Origin: Nemertoderma westbladi
Taxonomy: Eukaryota; Animalia; Xenacoelomorpha
Reading direction: 5' to 3'
Assembly: GCA_032718475.1 (NCBI GenBank)
Contig: JAUCBJ010000998.1
Coordinates: 37,441 to 101,440, forward strand
Length of the DNA: 64,000 nt
The notes under the pieces were generated by a model. It was not told the origin of the DNA. It made no database searches and saw only the letters and a list, made by a program, of their open reading frames with translations. The translations under genes and the position numbers were made by a program. Numbering within the stretch: position 1 is the first letter of the stretch; every line of letters begins with the position of its first letter. Positions 44,373 to 58,409 of this stretch are shown one piece after another.

Positions 44373-46469
44373 GGCTCCTGGTGGTGGAATCTGTAAATTA
44401 CTGACTTCAATTCCGTTTTATCAACAGAAATAAACTCCGGTACCGCGTCTGTCGGTCTGTTCATTCCTTTACTTACAAACTATATATGCGTGCACTTTGT
44501 TATCTTAAACTGAAAGTATATTATATGATTATTTTCACCATGAGTCGTGAAATAGTTATTAACCAATCAGACCCCATGCAGATATTTTGCAAAGTCAATT
44601 TTCTCGGAATTGTTCATTTTCAATTTATTAATCATCCGCTATTTTTCCACCAAATTTCTTTAATTTGGCTTATTGGAAGTGGTTTCGACAGTTATTTAAA
44701 CGTAATCTTATGACATTTTGATAAATATTTACATTTCTGTGTAATTTACCTAAATAAAAAGTTATTAAAATAATTAAAATTAAAATGGCAGTAATTTTTG
44801 TAGATTTGATGGCGCTGAGTACAAAAAATGTTTCCTTGAAATTTGGATTAAGATTGAGGGTGTAGTAATGTGTTTAATGAATTTTTTATTCCGCCGTCTG
44901 CCGCTAAGGGGAGGCCATTAATTTTATTATTTTTAAAATCTTTGTATTGATACTATTTGGCCTTCCATATGATGAAATCATTATATTAACCTATAACCCA
45001 AATTGACAGCCATAAAAAAGTTTACGGCGGGTAATACAAAACAATGGTAATTAATTTGAATCTGAGGATAACGAACCTGATTTTATGACCTTATGTGTTG
45101 TCTAGGATGCGGATTCAGAGGGGGGGGGGGGGGGGGGATATTTTTGCCAGTCACACAGGGTCGTAATTATTTGAAAGTTGATGTTGAAAGTGAATTTATC
45201 GCTACTTTGAATTCACTGTACTTTACTTGTTGAATGTCACTCACCCTTCATTTCATAATATTTAGCATTCAGGTTAATATTGTACACAACGGTTCCTTCC
45301 GTCTGATTATTCATCATTAGATATTGATAAGTGAAAATTTATAATTGCAATCCCTTTTAACATTTATGTTACATAGGCCGGTTACATACAGTAGAGTCGT
45401 TATTCAGGTAGGTAGGCCCTACCCCCCCCCCCCCCCCCCCCCATGCTGTTCTTCAAATGTTAATGAGATTGCATGAAATTTGAAACAGAGATAGTTTCTT
45501 ACAGTTTCTAATACTTAAGCCTAAGGATTTAGTATAACAGTAATCTATCTCATCTGGACCAATCAGTAAACAATATTCGCCTACGCAGTACGCATTTTGC
45601 ATACGTTACGCGTATGTCAAATCGCTCAATGGTACGGTAACAGCTGTGTGGTTGCGCGGCGTACCGTAAACATGAGCTTGCGCATTATTCGAGCTTGCGT
45701 ATTCATAAAAGCGCTCCTATCACAGAGTCGGAGAGGAGCCAATATACAAATATTTGCCAGAATAAACTCCGGCTAGTAAGGGAACTCACTAGTTCTCTTG
45801 CAGCAAACCGATTCATTTCATTTGTGTTTCAGTTTTACCAATTCACATTTGATTCCGGTGATTGCTAGCTACTGTAGGCCGAACCCTGCAAAGGGCTGCA
45901 GTTGGCACTTTACATCCATACAGTGTGCATCGTTTTGTACCTCATAGTCTAACGGTTGTCCCGGTAGGTTACTGTTCAGCAATATAACCAACCATCTAAC
46001 AATATAGAACATATCAGTAGAACTAAACTTTATAGACTCTTATTCACCGGGCCTACGTCCAGACAGTTACCATAGATACTACTACAATCGGCATGCTGCA
46101 TTGCAGATGCATTATTTATAAATATAAATATACATTACATTATTACTTTGGTTTTTATATATACATTACATATATATTAAGAATACTGTGCCGGATTGTC
46201 TATAAAGTTGCGCCGCCACAACTCCCTATCACCCATGACATTTGCTAGATCATCCGCATCTTTAACCCTTTTAGTACTGAATTGGAAAATATCTTGTACC
46301 TCCAGAACCTGAATATATTTTATGAAATTATAAAAATATTTCTTAAACTTCAACAAATGTCACAGGCTTGCTTCCTTTCAAAATAATCTATGTTTCCCCA
46401 ATTATGAGGTTGTTTTTACCGTAGATTTCATTTCCGAAGTCTGTTTTTCTGTACAGCCTATCCTTCCTT

Positions 46470-46478
46470 ATGTGTCTG

Positions 46479-46515
<37 letters not shown>

Positions 46516-47080
46516 AAATAGAAAAATTGTGTTTCAACTGAAATCTGAATCTCCTTTTGGGTAATCAATGCCGTGGAATTCGAATCTAACAATAACTTAT
46601 TCATTCGATTAGCCGTTCTTCTGATATTGTCTGTCTGTCTGTCATGTTATTATGTCTGTCTGTCAAAATATTACTATCTAATCAGTTTGTTATTACGAAT
46701 TCTTAAGAAACATCTAACAGCTCCCAAGTGGCACTGAATGACGTAGAATTCAAACATTGGTTCAGATTATTAAATTATTTATCCGTTCAGCCAATATTGT
46801 CTGTCTGTCTGTCTGTCTGTTCGTCAAATATTGGGATTGTGTTTGAAGTGAAACAGATTCACTTTTTTGGGTAATCGAAGTCGAGGAATTCGAATCTGAC
46901 AATAGTTTCTTAATTCAATTAGCCGTTCTTCTGATATTGTCTGTCTGTCTGTCATGTTTTTGTTTGTCTGACAAAATATGTTAGAATCCGATCAGTTTCT
47001 TATTACGAATTCCTAATAAATTTCTAACAGCTCTGATGGGCCATTGAATGACGTAGAATTCAACATTTGTCCAGTTTATT
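46470..47080. repeat. Internal ~315-bp tandem duplication with (GTCT)n tracts in the piggyBac 3' region
   Basis: GAATTCGAATCT...TTAGCCGTTCTTCTGATATTGTCTGTC...TGAATGACGTAGAATTCAA occurs twice. Confidence 0.8.
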
Positions 47081-47226
47081 TTATAAAAAGTACAGCTATA
47101 TTTATAAAAAAATGAAAATGCCATTACAATATAACAAATACCGGTATACTGTATACCAAGTGAATATAAGTGCATAAAATATTTAGAAATATTATGGTGA
47201 TTCAGAGTAAAGTTTGTATGTTGAAA

Positions 47227-49442
47227 TTACGCTGTGTGGTAACTTTTTGAACATGCCATGCACAATGCCGGTGTATTGGGGCATTGAGGGCAATAAAACC
47301 GGGTCTTTTTTTGGATACCCTTAGAGTAACACTCGCGGCAACGGTTACGGGGCTTTGCGTCGGTAGCAGTTGGTGGAATCTCCGCAATACAGTGAACCAC
47401 AATTGGTGGAGCAGGAGAAGATGACGTTGAAGGCAGTGAATCCTGATACGTACATTTCTTCCGCTTGCGTGGAGTCTCCACAACAATCTGAGTGAGCCAT
47501 TTAATTGCCTCCTTCATAGCATCCACCATGTGAGCATTCTTGTTTTTTTCTAGTTTATACATAATAAATGCATTTACACACAACCGAGCGAAAAAGTTGA
47601 ATCCGACTTTCTTAAACCAAGCTTGGGATTTTCGAACTGGGTTGTAGTATTCGATCAACTGATCCTGAAGATCAACTCCACCCATGTTCTTATTGTACAA
47701 GTCGATGGGTGTTGGCTTCCTGTATGAAACCACATCCCCCCCACGAACATGGCGAGACTTCTCAACGTGGTCAGCCTTATCAACTGACGATAGAAAATGC
47801 ACATCTCTCTTATCAGTGAACTTAATAGCGAGAAGGTGGTTTTTCCTCATGAAGGTGGTGGATATCGGCTTCTGCTTCATTGAAGCCAACACTCCAGGTA
47901 TTCCACGTGAAGGGTTTATGGTGCCACGAATGCCAGTAGAACGGGTAAGCAAGTACTCGGCCAATCGCACACTGTTGTACCAGTTGTCTATGTGGCAAAT
48001 GTAACCCTTGTCTAAGAGTCCCGCATCATCAAGTAATAGTACCACAATATTCTCACTGTGGCTAAGCGAGGATGTCTCATCCACTTGGGGAATGTCTGCC
48101 GCCCGACCATAATAAACTCTTGCACTGAGGGCATATCCTCTCGCATCACATAGTAAAAACGATTTGATGCCAAACCGAGCCCGTTTAGTGCGGATGAACA
48201 TTTTAAAGCCAAGGCGACCCTTGTGGAGCAACAACGCCTCATCCAGGGAAAGATTCACCTGGGGTGTATACACCTTGAATAGCTCGTTCACGATGGTGAG
48301 GAATTCGTTCACCCTGGTGGCCCTCACTGTGACGTCAACATTGTCTGGGTTGGCAAATCGAATAAACTTCAGGATTTGTAAATATCGATCGCGACTAATT
48401 GATCCTGGCTGGGTAAAGAAGGGTGTTGCCATAAGTGTGTCCAACGCCCAGTACGACCTGAAATTGAAATTGATTTATTGAACAGCAGAAGCAAACACCA
48501 AAAAAGCAGGTGTGGTACTTACCGGTATTTATTAAACACAGTTTACACTACCGGTAGCCGAAAAACAACAGCAGTGTGTGCTACTGTGTACATACCTCCT
48601 ATAGTAAATGACCACACTGGACCACATCACAATGTTGACCACCTCTGTAATTATATTTATTCATTTTTTTATTTATTCATTTATTTTATATTTCCATTGG
48701 ATTTAGGGGGTAGGGGGCCCCTACTCTCCCTCTCCCTACCATGTGCCAAAACCAGCTTTAATTAGGGTTAGCCACAGTTTCCGATTAGGGTTAAAACCAT
48801 CATCTTTTGGTTAGCAGTTAGAGTTCTCAGACCCCAATCCTAAATCGCTTATACTGTATGTACTGGTAATTTAAATTAAACTATTTACCTGATATCTGGT
48901 TTGCGGATGATACCCATGTGAAAAGTTAGACCGATGAATTTCTTCATCTCAGCCACAGTGATTACCTTCCACTTCTTAGCACAAGTACCATCATCGTTTG
49001 TGTAAAATTTCTGAGCACGGATGTTTGTCCACGTGGCGACAGCTTCAAATAGCTGATCAGGTAGAAACACTTGGAAGTAGTCAATTACACTAAATTCAGA
49101 AGTGTCAATCCCATTGTTCCACCCCGGTGTTCCACTAAAATCGAATTGGACACTAAAACTAACGTCACTGGCTTCAGTGACAACATCCCACCCGTCACCT
49201 GGTAGAGGTGCAATTGCATAACGAGAGCTGCTGTCTGATGAGTCGTCGGAATCATCAACAGAACCCTCACTTGAACTACTAGCTGCATCACCCTGGTTAT
49301 CCCCACTTTCCATTCCCGTCACATCGTCACCACTTTCTCCACTACCATCAACATAATCATCGACTTCATCGTCGCTCTCATTACTTAGAGTAAAACCATA
49401 GTAATTAACAGGATGGCGATCTCTTTCAGGTCTGTCTGCCAT
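47227..49442 (-). CDS. piggyBac transposase, two exons (49442-48889 and 48457-47227), 594 aa
   Basis: GT-AG intron 48888-48458; splicing gives KPDIRSYWALDTLMATPFF. Acidic N-terminus; DDD triad in LSLDE / IDNWYNS / MGGVDLQDQ; C-terminal Cys-rich domain (CREC..CPQC..LCMAC..YH). Confidence 0.93.
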
Positions 49443-50275
49443 GGCCACTGTTAGACTGTTAGACGTACAGTCACTCAATATAGGCCCTAATAATTAATAT
49501 AATCAGATAATCGTATTATATAATATAATAAATAGTATATATCAGTATATTCCAAATGGCACAAGTAGGCTGCCGGTAATAGGCTACACTTAATTTCACT
49601 AGGCCTATTACAGTATATATTATGAGAATAAATTCTACCGTAATTCTAATTCACTACGCACTACGTACCGGTAATAATAATAATAATAATTAATTGATAT
49701 AGGCCTATACCGGTAATAAATAATTATTATAAATTTATATGATAATTATAGGCCTAATAAAAAACAGCATACGTCATACACATAAGTGCAGCAGTGCCGT
49801 AAATTGATTCACAAATGACTGACTGAATATACAATTACTAACAAATGGATGGATGGAACGTAGTAGCTTTAGTCACCTACAGGATAATATTATGATGTGT
49901 TATCCAATCACAAACGAGATAACAAACCACTCCAGGGTTTAGGGCACGGTACCCCGTAATGTATAATGGATAGTAGTCAACAATCTACCTACAACCAATT
50001 CGCCCTGCCTCAACAAAGGCAGCAAAGTTGGAAGTAAAAGGCCTAGATTTGAATCTCCATAGAAGGCAAGGTAAACCCATTAGCCAATCAAATGGCTGCA
50101 AAAAAATTTCAAAAATTATTGTCCTAAGGCACTGAATAGTGAATTGGAACACTTTCTAAGGCGCTGTTGGGTGGTGGATGGCCTGCTTATCAAGTGAGAT
50201 GCCATGGTACAACAGTTGGGACATAGCGCAGGTGGTTATGGTACAACAGGTGGGACATAGTACTAAAAGGGTTAA

Positions 50276-50930
50276 GGCCAGTGTCCTTTTTATTATATAT
50301 GGAACTTACAAATCCTGGACAGACTATTCAATGGTACCCATACCTTCCCCTTACGTATCCGAAGGTCTTCACCTGACTTTCGGATCCATGATCCCAAGTA
50401 GCAAAAGTTATCCACGTGCTAAATCAACCCGTAGCTAGCTGTTATGCCCTTAACGATCCGACATTTTTTGAAGGCTATCTAGGTTCACTGTCAAGATTTT
50501 GGTCTTCTTGGAGTTTACAAAAAGACCAACACTAAAAGCAATCATTTGGGCTTTCTCTAGTGATGCTGAAATTACCCCTAAGTCATCAGAAAGCTAGATC
50601 AGTAAGGTACTTTGGTGGATTTCCGCCTGTAGGCAGGCGGTTTCTGCCAGTAGTAGGGGGTGTCACCATCACCCCATCTTTATTTAGATGGTTTTAAGGT
50701 TAAGGACATGCGTGTAACATAATCAACCTCAATAATGAACAAGAATGGTGCAAGTGTGTCTCCCTGGAGGACGCCCCATAATACTTCAAATGGCACAAAT
50801 GTTGTCGAACCATCGTATACTTGATCTGATAGCTGCAACAATTTCCTCAGGAATCCCATATGCTGCCAGTTTGCTGAACACTCGTGGTGGGATACTGAGT
50901 CGAACACAAATTTCAAAAGCCGATTTTCAG
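50276..50930 (-). mobile_element. Degenerate RTE LINE remnant (continues 46180-46265)
   Basis: GVLQGDTLAPFLFII motif and similarity to 55164-55760. Confidence 0.8.
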
Positions 50931-52135
50931 TAAACATCCGAAAAATATAAAACCATTAATTAATAATGGTTTCTCATTTGGAAAAGTCATTTAACATTAT
51001 AAATGTATTATCCCTGAGACCCTCTTGATTTCTAGAAGTGGACCAATTTAAGTGGCCCTCTGGTAGTCCAGTAACCATGTTCACAAGTCACTAAATATAT
51101 TCTGCCAAATTTAATATATTTCCGCGCTATCTAAAAACATTCAATTTTGGATCTAGTGTCTTACATGTTGCCAAGTCCAGACAATTACTTTCCAACCATT
51201 CAAGTTTGTCTCTGTTGCCATGGTAACCGATAACATTTGGAATGTGGACAAAATATTGAAAAAAACATGCTCAGTTCACTTCAACTTTGATCATATGCAC
51301 ATATCTTAGTTCCTCATTACACAGTAGATTTCTATTACCACTAGAACAGTCAATATAGTCACCATAGCAACGGGTATGTTTCATTATTTATGCACTTACG
51401 CTTTCTCATTTTTTCATATTTTTATATTTAGAAGGTAGTAATTTTCTTGATTTGAAAAATATATATCTGCGGTCTATCATAGCTATATTTTATATGTAAA
51501 TAATTACTCATGACCATAGCAACGGGAGATTTCCTTCTTATACACTAATTGCTTATACAGTAATTGCTAGGTAATACAAAGATAACATACAATAAAAAAT
51601 GAAAAAGATAAACAAATCAGCTAGTTTTTTTCTATTTTAAAACAAAACAAAACATATTTGTTCTAGAACAAAATTTTTATATTAAATGTTCTAGAACAAT
51701 AAAAAAAAAGTTACGAAAACTAGCCAGTATATAGAACTTGACGGGAGGGGGGTGGGGGGGGGGGGGGGGGTGTGTGAACAAATCACACTAGTACCTAATG
51801 AGTCCACAATATGTTACAGAACATAAATCAATAGTCAAAAACAGCTATCAAACAGTTATAAAAAAGGCAGGATAATGGTTACATACTATACTCGTCCCGG
51901 TCGGTCGATCAACGCAAACCGGGCGGCCCCCGGTCTACAACAGTAAGTCAAGTAAATGAAGTTAAGTCATTGCAACTATAATTTATTAATATATATTTTA
52001 AATATTAAATAAACATAAACCAATAACCATATACCATATAAACTCGTAACATATAGCAGAGGTTGTTGTTTACCCTAAATCCCGAAATAAATTCTATATA
52101 TCATAATTACCGTACTAAAATTGTTATTTATTTTT

Positions 52136-52272
52136 TACGCAAATTGTGTTATATTGTACGCAAATTGTGTTATATTGTACGCAAATTGTGTTATATTGTA
52201 CGTAAATTGTATTATATTGTACGCAAATTGTGTTATATTGTACGCAAATTGTGTTACATTGTACTAAAATTT
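52136..52272. repeat. 21-bp tandem repeat (~6 copies)
   Basis: TACGCAAATTGTGTTATATTG units. Confidence 0.92.
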
Positions 52273-53516
52273 GTAGCATTCTTGAACTCGTCAAGTTGTA
52301 TTATTTCTATAATATTAGATACCGCATTGTTAAATAATTTATACTAAGGTAAGGATTCCCCATGAACATTATGAAATTGGCCTACAATTATTCTAGAAAA
52401 TTTAACTTTCCCGTTTAATTTAGCGCATTGTAGACCATACTATACAATACGGTTGTTGTGACTTGTGGAAGCAATTTAGCATAGGTAGGCTTACTCACAC
52501 ATTTATTTAACAAAAGCTTTGGTGGAGCAAGTGGGGTTCTTTTGGCGGTAGGTAGGTCTACAATGCATACTGCATACACATTTATTTAGTGGAATAAGTG
52601 GAATTTTGGGGGAAGGTGGAGCGGAGTAAACTAATTTATTTTGAAAAAGTTACTTTTATATTATTATTATTTCAACGTGTAATTTGATGCACTCTGTAGT
52701 TTGAACAATGTATCTTGACCGATAGGATACGGATGTGTGAGAGAAGTTGAGACGCAGAGATGTTACAGAAGTCAAATGTGCTAACAACCAAACTGAATCT
52801 TGATTTGCTCCAATCGTACTTATAGTAGAACGCAATTAGCAGGTTTTGGTTTACACTTTAACAGCAAAAGTTAGTTGTAAGTGTAATTAGAACTTCAGTG
52901 GTTCTACAAACACAGTGATTCTACATTAAATATCAAAATTTCATTGTCTCTTTCAACCAATTCGCTTGAGTTCCCATGGCTCTCTCCCAGACACGAGACA
53001 CCCCACAGTTAAAAGAGCTGTAAGAGTCGAAATTAGAAGAGTTTCATTGAACATTTTAGGGTTTCAAAATACATCATGCACTAAAATACACGACCTGTAT
53101 CACAAACTCGGTATTAAGAAATTTAACCAAACACAAGTAAATCAAAGAGAGCGGAATAAACCACTTCCCTTCAACCTCTGCACCACCCGCACTCCAACCA
53201 ACCCAAAGGCGCACACAGGATTGAGGAAAGGCAGGTATATTATTTATTATTATTCGCATATTATTTAATTTATTTAACCAACAAAGAAATCAATAAACTC
53301 ATGTTATTGGTAACATGCTAAAACTCATGAAGTAATATATTAAATATTTTAGCCGTGGAGGCAACCCAACTTGTAAGAAATATTAAAACTTACCTTAGGA
53401 AGATAGTATTGATACTGAAATATTAATTTTTCATGTCAACGCCTCAACGAATTTATTAAGCTAATTATTCTAAAGAATCACGATTAAATACTCAGCCAAT
53501 CATTTTGTAGGCCTAA

Positions 53517-53827
53517 AGGCCCGTTCACATCCAACGGAACGGTACACCGAGGGGGGTACCGCAGGGCCAGCGGTACACCGCTGACTGTGAACGACCCAGA
53601 CAACAGGTGGTTGTGCGCTAATCCGCGCGGTTTACCGCAGCCCATTTAAACAATGTTAAACAAATTAATGTAATTTCCTGTTGAATTCGCAGTCCACAGT
53701 GAGACAACCAGTTACCGCAACGGTACCGTTGGGTGTAAGCGGGCTCCGCGTCGTGTACCGCTGGCTTACCGCTTCAATACCGCCAGACTACTTGACCGCT
53801 CACGCACTGTTGGATGTGAACGAGGCT
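53517..53827. mobile_element. PIF/Harbinger (Tourist)-like MITE, 311 bp
   Basis: TIRs AGGCCCGTTCACATCCAAC and GTTGGATGTGAACGAGGCT; TAA on both flanks (53514-53516, 53828-53830). Confidence 0.78.
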
Positions 53828-54609
53828 TAAGGTAAACACAATAAGCAAGGTTTAGCTCTTTTTATAGTCAGCCTCATTACATCGCTGCCTAATGAGTAGT
53901 GATGAGCTGGTGGTTGGACTGGTTCCCAGTTAGGCTATGCAATGGCAAGCATGCCTTGGAATAAGGGAGCTAGTGTAGAATGACGGTTGACGGGGTATTT
54001 TAATAACTTAATTACGTTTAGATAAATTAAATATACCTATTTCATAAAACTGAAATAATTAACAATTATAATGGAATGGGGTATGGGGATTACGGCTGTG
54101 TCATTTTTATGTATAATTACTTATATCTTATACTATAATATAATTAATTTCTGTTAAAAGTCATGTTGAAAATGATGTTTTTACCCTACCCAACTTAATT
54201 AAGTAACTGCAAATATCTTAGCTTCTCGAAGGCTACACACAAATTCAACTTGGAAAAATTTCTAAACTCTTGCCTGATAACATGTGTAGCAAGTTTGGAT
54301 AGGTTTTACCGAGATTTGGCTGAGTTATTAACGTTTAAAATTGAACACAACAGAACAACAGACATACCGATTGAGTTAGTGGTACCTGTATGCTAAGCTC
54401 GCTTACTTTCTTGGCTCGCCCCACAATATTCTGCGAATGAATATAACGACACTAACACGCCATACATATACATTGTATATTATACAATTTTAAACGCAAG
54501 CTAATAAACATTAATTACTTGTAGCTAAATAGTGGAAGCAAAGTAACGCAATGTTAGTAAATGGAGCAGTTTATATGAATAAATAATTGGTGTGATTTAT
54601 AAAATAAAG

Positions 54610-56365
54610 TACTACTAGGATCGGCATGCTGCATTACAGCTGCATTTTTAGGAATGCTGTGCCGGCTTGTTGACAAAATTGCGCCGCCACAACTCCCTAT
54701 CACCCATGACATTTGCTAGATCATTCGCATCTTCAAGGCCAGTGTCCTTTAAGATGCGTCTCAAGAAAGTCATGGTCTGTCCACCATGCTTATTCACTCC
54801 ATGAGGCTGCCAAAGCACAAGATTATGCACCTTACATTATGCAATTATGCTGGTCCTCACGGCGAAAGCAATGTCCTGCCAAGCGGAATCGACTTTGTTT
54901 TTGTGTCAAGCTTGTGGAAACCAATGAGACACCTCCAATATTATATAGTGCCTGGTTGGAGATGTGTGCATTATACTTGACACAATGAACCCGGCGTAGC
55001 ATGTGACTGTGTGTGAATGTGCCATCCAGAGATTTGGTGTCGTCACCAGTTAGAGCCCAGCATGGACTCCCATAGAGGAGTACTAGAACTACTGCTGCTC
55101 TAAATAATCAGACCTTAAGTTTCCGATTAATTCTCGGTGACTTCCAAATCCTGGAAAGCCTATTCAAGGCTGCCCATGCCTTTCCCTTACGTATACGAAG
55201 GTCATCACCTGACTTCCGGATCCATGACTCCAGGTAACAGAAGTCGTCCACATGCTCAAGCATACCATCTTTGAGCTTATGCTCATCCGGTCAGAGACTT
55301 GCTGATGATTTTCAAAGTTAACTGTCAAAATTTTGGTCTTTTTGGAGTTAATAAAAAGAGCAACACTAGAAGCAGCCTGTTCTAATGAGCTGAGGAGCCG
55401 TTGGAATCCCTCTAGTGATTCTGAAAGTACACCTAAGTCATCAGCAAAGTCTAGATCAGTTAGGTACTTGGCAGGATTTCGTCGACTTCTGGAGCCAGTA
55501 GGAGGAGTTATCATCACCCCATCATCATGATGATGATCTAAGGACAGGCGTAGAACATAGTCAACCACAATTATGAACAAGAATGGTGCAAGTGTGTCTC
55601 CCTGGAGGACGCCCATAACACCTCAAATGGTTCTGTGTCACCGTCAACAGTAGACACAAATGTTGTCGAACCATTGTATACTGATCTGATTGCTGCAATA
55701 ATTTCATCAGGAATCCCATATAATGAGAGTATGCTGAACATACGTGAGCGAGAGACTGAATCAAAGGCCTTGAAGAAGTCAACAAAGATAACAGCCAGAT
55801 GCCTGTCTTTCTTTTTCGATAACTCTTCAATTATCCTTCTAAGTGCCAAAATGGGCTCCATGGTCCCACGACCTTTACGGAACCCATTCAGATTTCCACG
55901 GAGAAGTCTCTCAATGGGATCCCTGATGCGATTTAATATAATTATATTGTATAGCTTTGCAGCAATCGAGATCAGTAAGATTCCCCGAAAAGAAAAATAG
56001 AGTGTTAGGTTGCCCTTCTTGGGAACTAGCACCAACTTATTTGTTTTCATTTCTTGTGGGACTCTTGTTGTTGGGTACATGTCTACTATGATGGGATAGA
56101 TGAGCTTTAAACACTCAGGTTTTTTTAAAGACCTCTGGGGGGAACACCATCTACTCCACTGGCACGATTGGTCTTAATGCTCTTTGCATCAGCCTTTACT
56201 TCTGCAAAGGAGATATCGCCAATAGGAATATCTAGGAGTACAGACTCAGACACCTTTACTTCTATAAAGTTATCAGGCAATACCCTGTCATTATTGAGGA
56301 GCTTTTCAAAGTGGGCCTTCCAACCATTGAGGCGATCGGCTGGTGATTCAGCCTTAATCTTGGTA
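54610..56365 (-). mobile_element. 5'-truncated RTE-clade LINE (RT domain, frameshifted)
   Basis: VPKKG..FRGI.L, NGFRKGR, IFVDFFKAFDSV, GVLQGDTLAPFLF, LDFADD; 3' tail ...CCTAGTAGTAC. Confidence 0.92.
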
Positions 56366-57781
56366 AATAAAATAAATGAAATAAAGTAACAGACTGATAG
56401 ACGAATACAAACTCTCCTAAAAAGGTGTGAAGTCTGTTTGGGCTACGTGGTAACTGAGTTGATTGTGCGATTCATTTAGGTCATTGGTGTTAATTAATTC
56501 CCTGTCCAGCTGACGATTGTGTCGAGGATTAGCGCGTACTGGTCCAAGACTCCGAAACGCAACCATATTTTTCACAAATTATTTATTTTTGCCCTAGTCC
56601 TACCTCTTTCCCAGCGACAAAATTATCATATATTTTCTTATAGAATATAGGCTTAGCTTTCGCGCAGTATCTCCAAAAAAGATGCCAGCCGTTAAATCTG
56701 CGGATAGTGGTTTCGGTGAAATAGCATCATGATGCAAGAAGGTAATATATCCTAAAGGCCAGATATATTCGAGGGAGAGGAAGTTTATGAAGGAACTAAC
56801 GTACAAGCTACTCCGGTTGCGTTGTCGATGCGACACCCTAGGGAAGATGGATAACAGAGAATAATTAAAGCTCAGAAGATCGGTGAACAATTAAAGAAGA
56901 TGATTAATATCGAGGAGAGAGGAGGACCTGAGTCGACAATCCGAGTTACTAGAGATACTGTATCGTTTCCCCGAAAAGCGCGAGAAGGGTTGGAACACAT
57001 ATTAGCCGAACCAAAAGGAGCGCAGATTCCTCGTGAGCCTGAATTACCGGCTTCTAGTGCGTTTCAGGATGTTCTACCAACGTTCGAACCGACTCGTCGG
57101 TTGCGAGGGATCGGACGTGGTTTTGTCGGTTCAACGATGAGGCAAGTTTGCGAGGAAATAGCTGCACCGTCTCCTAACATTCGAGGTACAATAGTGGCTC
57201 AACCCGAGAGTCCAACCTCAGATCTAAATCGCCCATAAGTCGGTTTCGAGGACGCGGTAGAGCTCGATCTAATAAGCGGTAAGATGAAAGATTATAAACG
57301 GACGGAAGACTCTCGAGCCTTCCTTATTGTTGTTTCATTTATGGACATTGTTGTTCTCGATCGATGTTAACGTATTAGTTGAAGAGATTAGACCAGAAGG
57401 ACGAACTCAATAATCTTCACTCTATAGCCTTTATATTTATAAATTCTTGTAAATTATTATTTGATATTATTTTGGTGAAGGTTATATTATGGAAAACTCT
57501 ACTTTACACTCTACCTTACTTTACAATTTCAATTATTTTGTACATTGTTTGTTGTTTGGAATTCTGAAGATTTATTTGTAAATATTGTATCACGTAAACT
57601 AATGTAAATTTAAATTTGGAATTTATATTTTGCCGTATGTATGATAGATAGATATACCGTACTGTTATGTACTATGGAAAGCAATTATTTGAATTTATGC
57701 ATTATTAATATGCAATTAATTTATATTTGATAAATTTATATTTGGTGAATTTATTTTGATGAATTAATTTACTAAATTGCA

Positions 57782-58078
57782 ATATATATATATATACAGA
57801 AATAACATAATATATACTGCACAACATATCTACTACCAGTATGGGTATACATACACCAATATACAATAAGCACAAATATAATTTTAAAAGGATTTAATTA
57901 GCTGACTGATCTTTGCAGATTTATTTATTGTTATATATATATATATACACAAATAACATAATATATACTGCACAACATATCTACTACCAGTATGGGTATA
58001 CGTACACCAATATACAATAAGCACAAATATAATTTTAAAGAGATTTAATTAGCTGACTGATCCTTGCAGATTAATTTT
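57782..58078. repeat. ~150-bp tandem duplication starting at (AT)n
   Basis: AAATAACATAATATATACTGCACAACATATCTACTACCAGTATGGGTATAC occurs twice. Confidence 0.85.
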
Positions 58079-58409
58079 TTGTGACTCAATGATATACAAA
58101 CTAATGAAAATCTAACTAACTAACTAATATCTAACTAATAATAATAAGTTACAATATTATCCTACCCAGTACAACTCCGTGCCATATTCAGTATTCATCA
58201 GTATTCATGCATTGGTTGTAATTATTAAGCCTAAACGGAGTAAAATTTAGCGCCGATTAGCAGAGGTAAGAGCTTTAAGTACTGGATAACCATTCATACA
58301 TAGTTCTCAGTAAGTTTCATCAATATTCATGTAATGGTTGAAATTGGAGCACGTTACAGAGGCATGTTATTTTAACCAAAACAATAAACCAAATACAATA
58401 GAACAGGTT

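Larger units (their letters stand above)
46266..50271 (-). mobile_element. Full-length piggyBac transposon (4006 bp) inserted in an RTE remnant
   Basis: TTAA TSDs at 46262-46265 and 50272-50275. 13-bp TIR CCCTTTTAGTACT. The flanks rejoin as RTE sequence CATCCGCATCT-TTAA-GGCCAGTGTCC. Confidence 0.96.
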
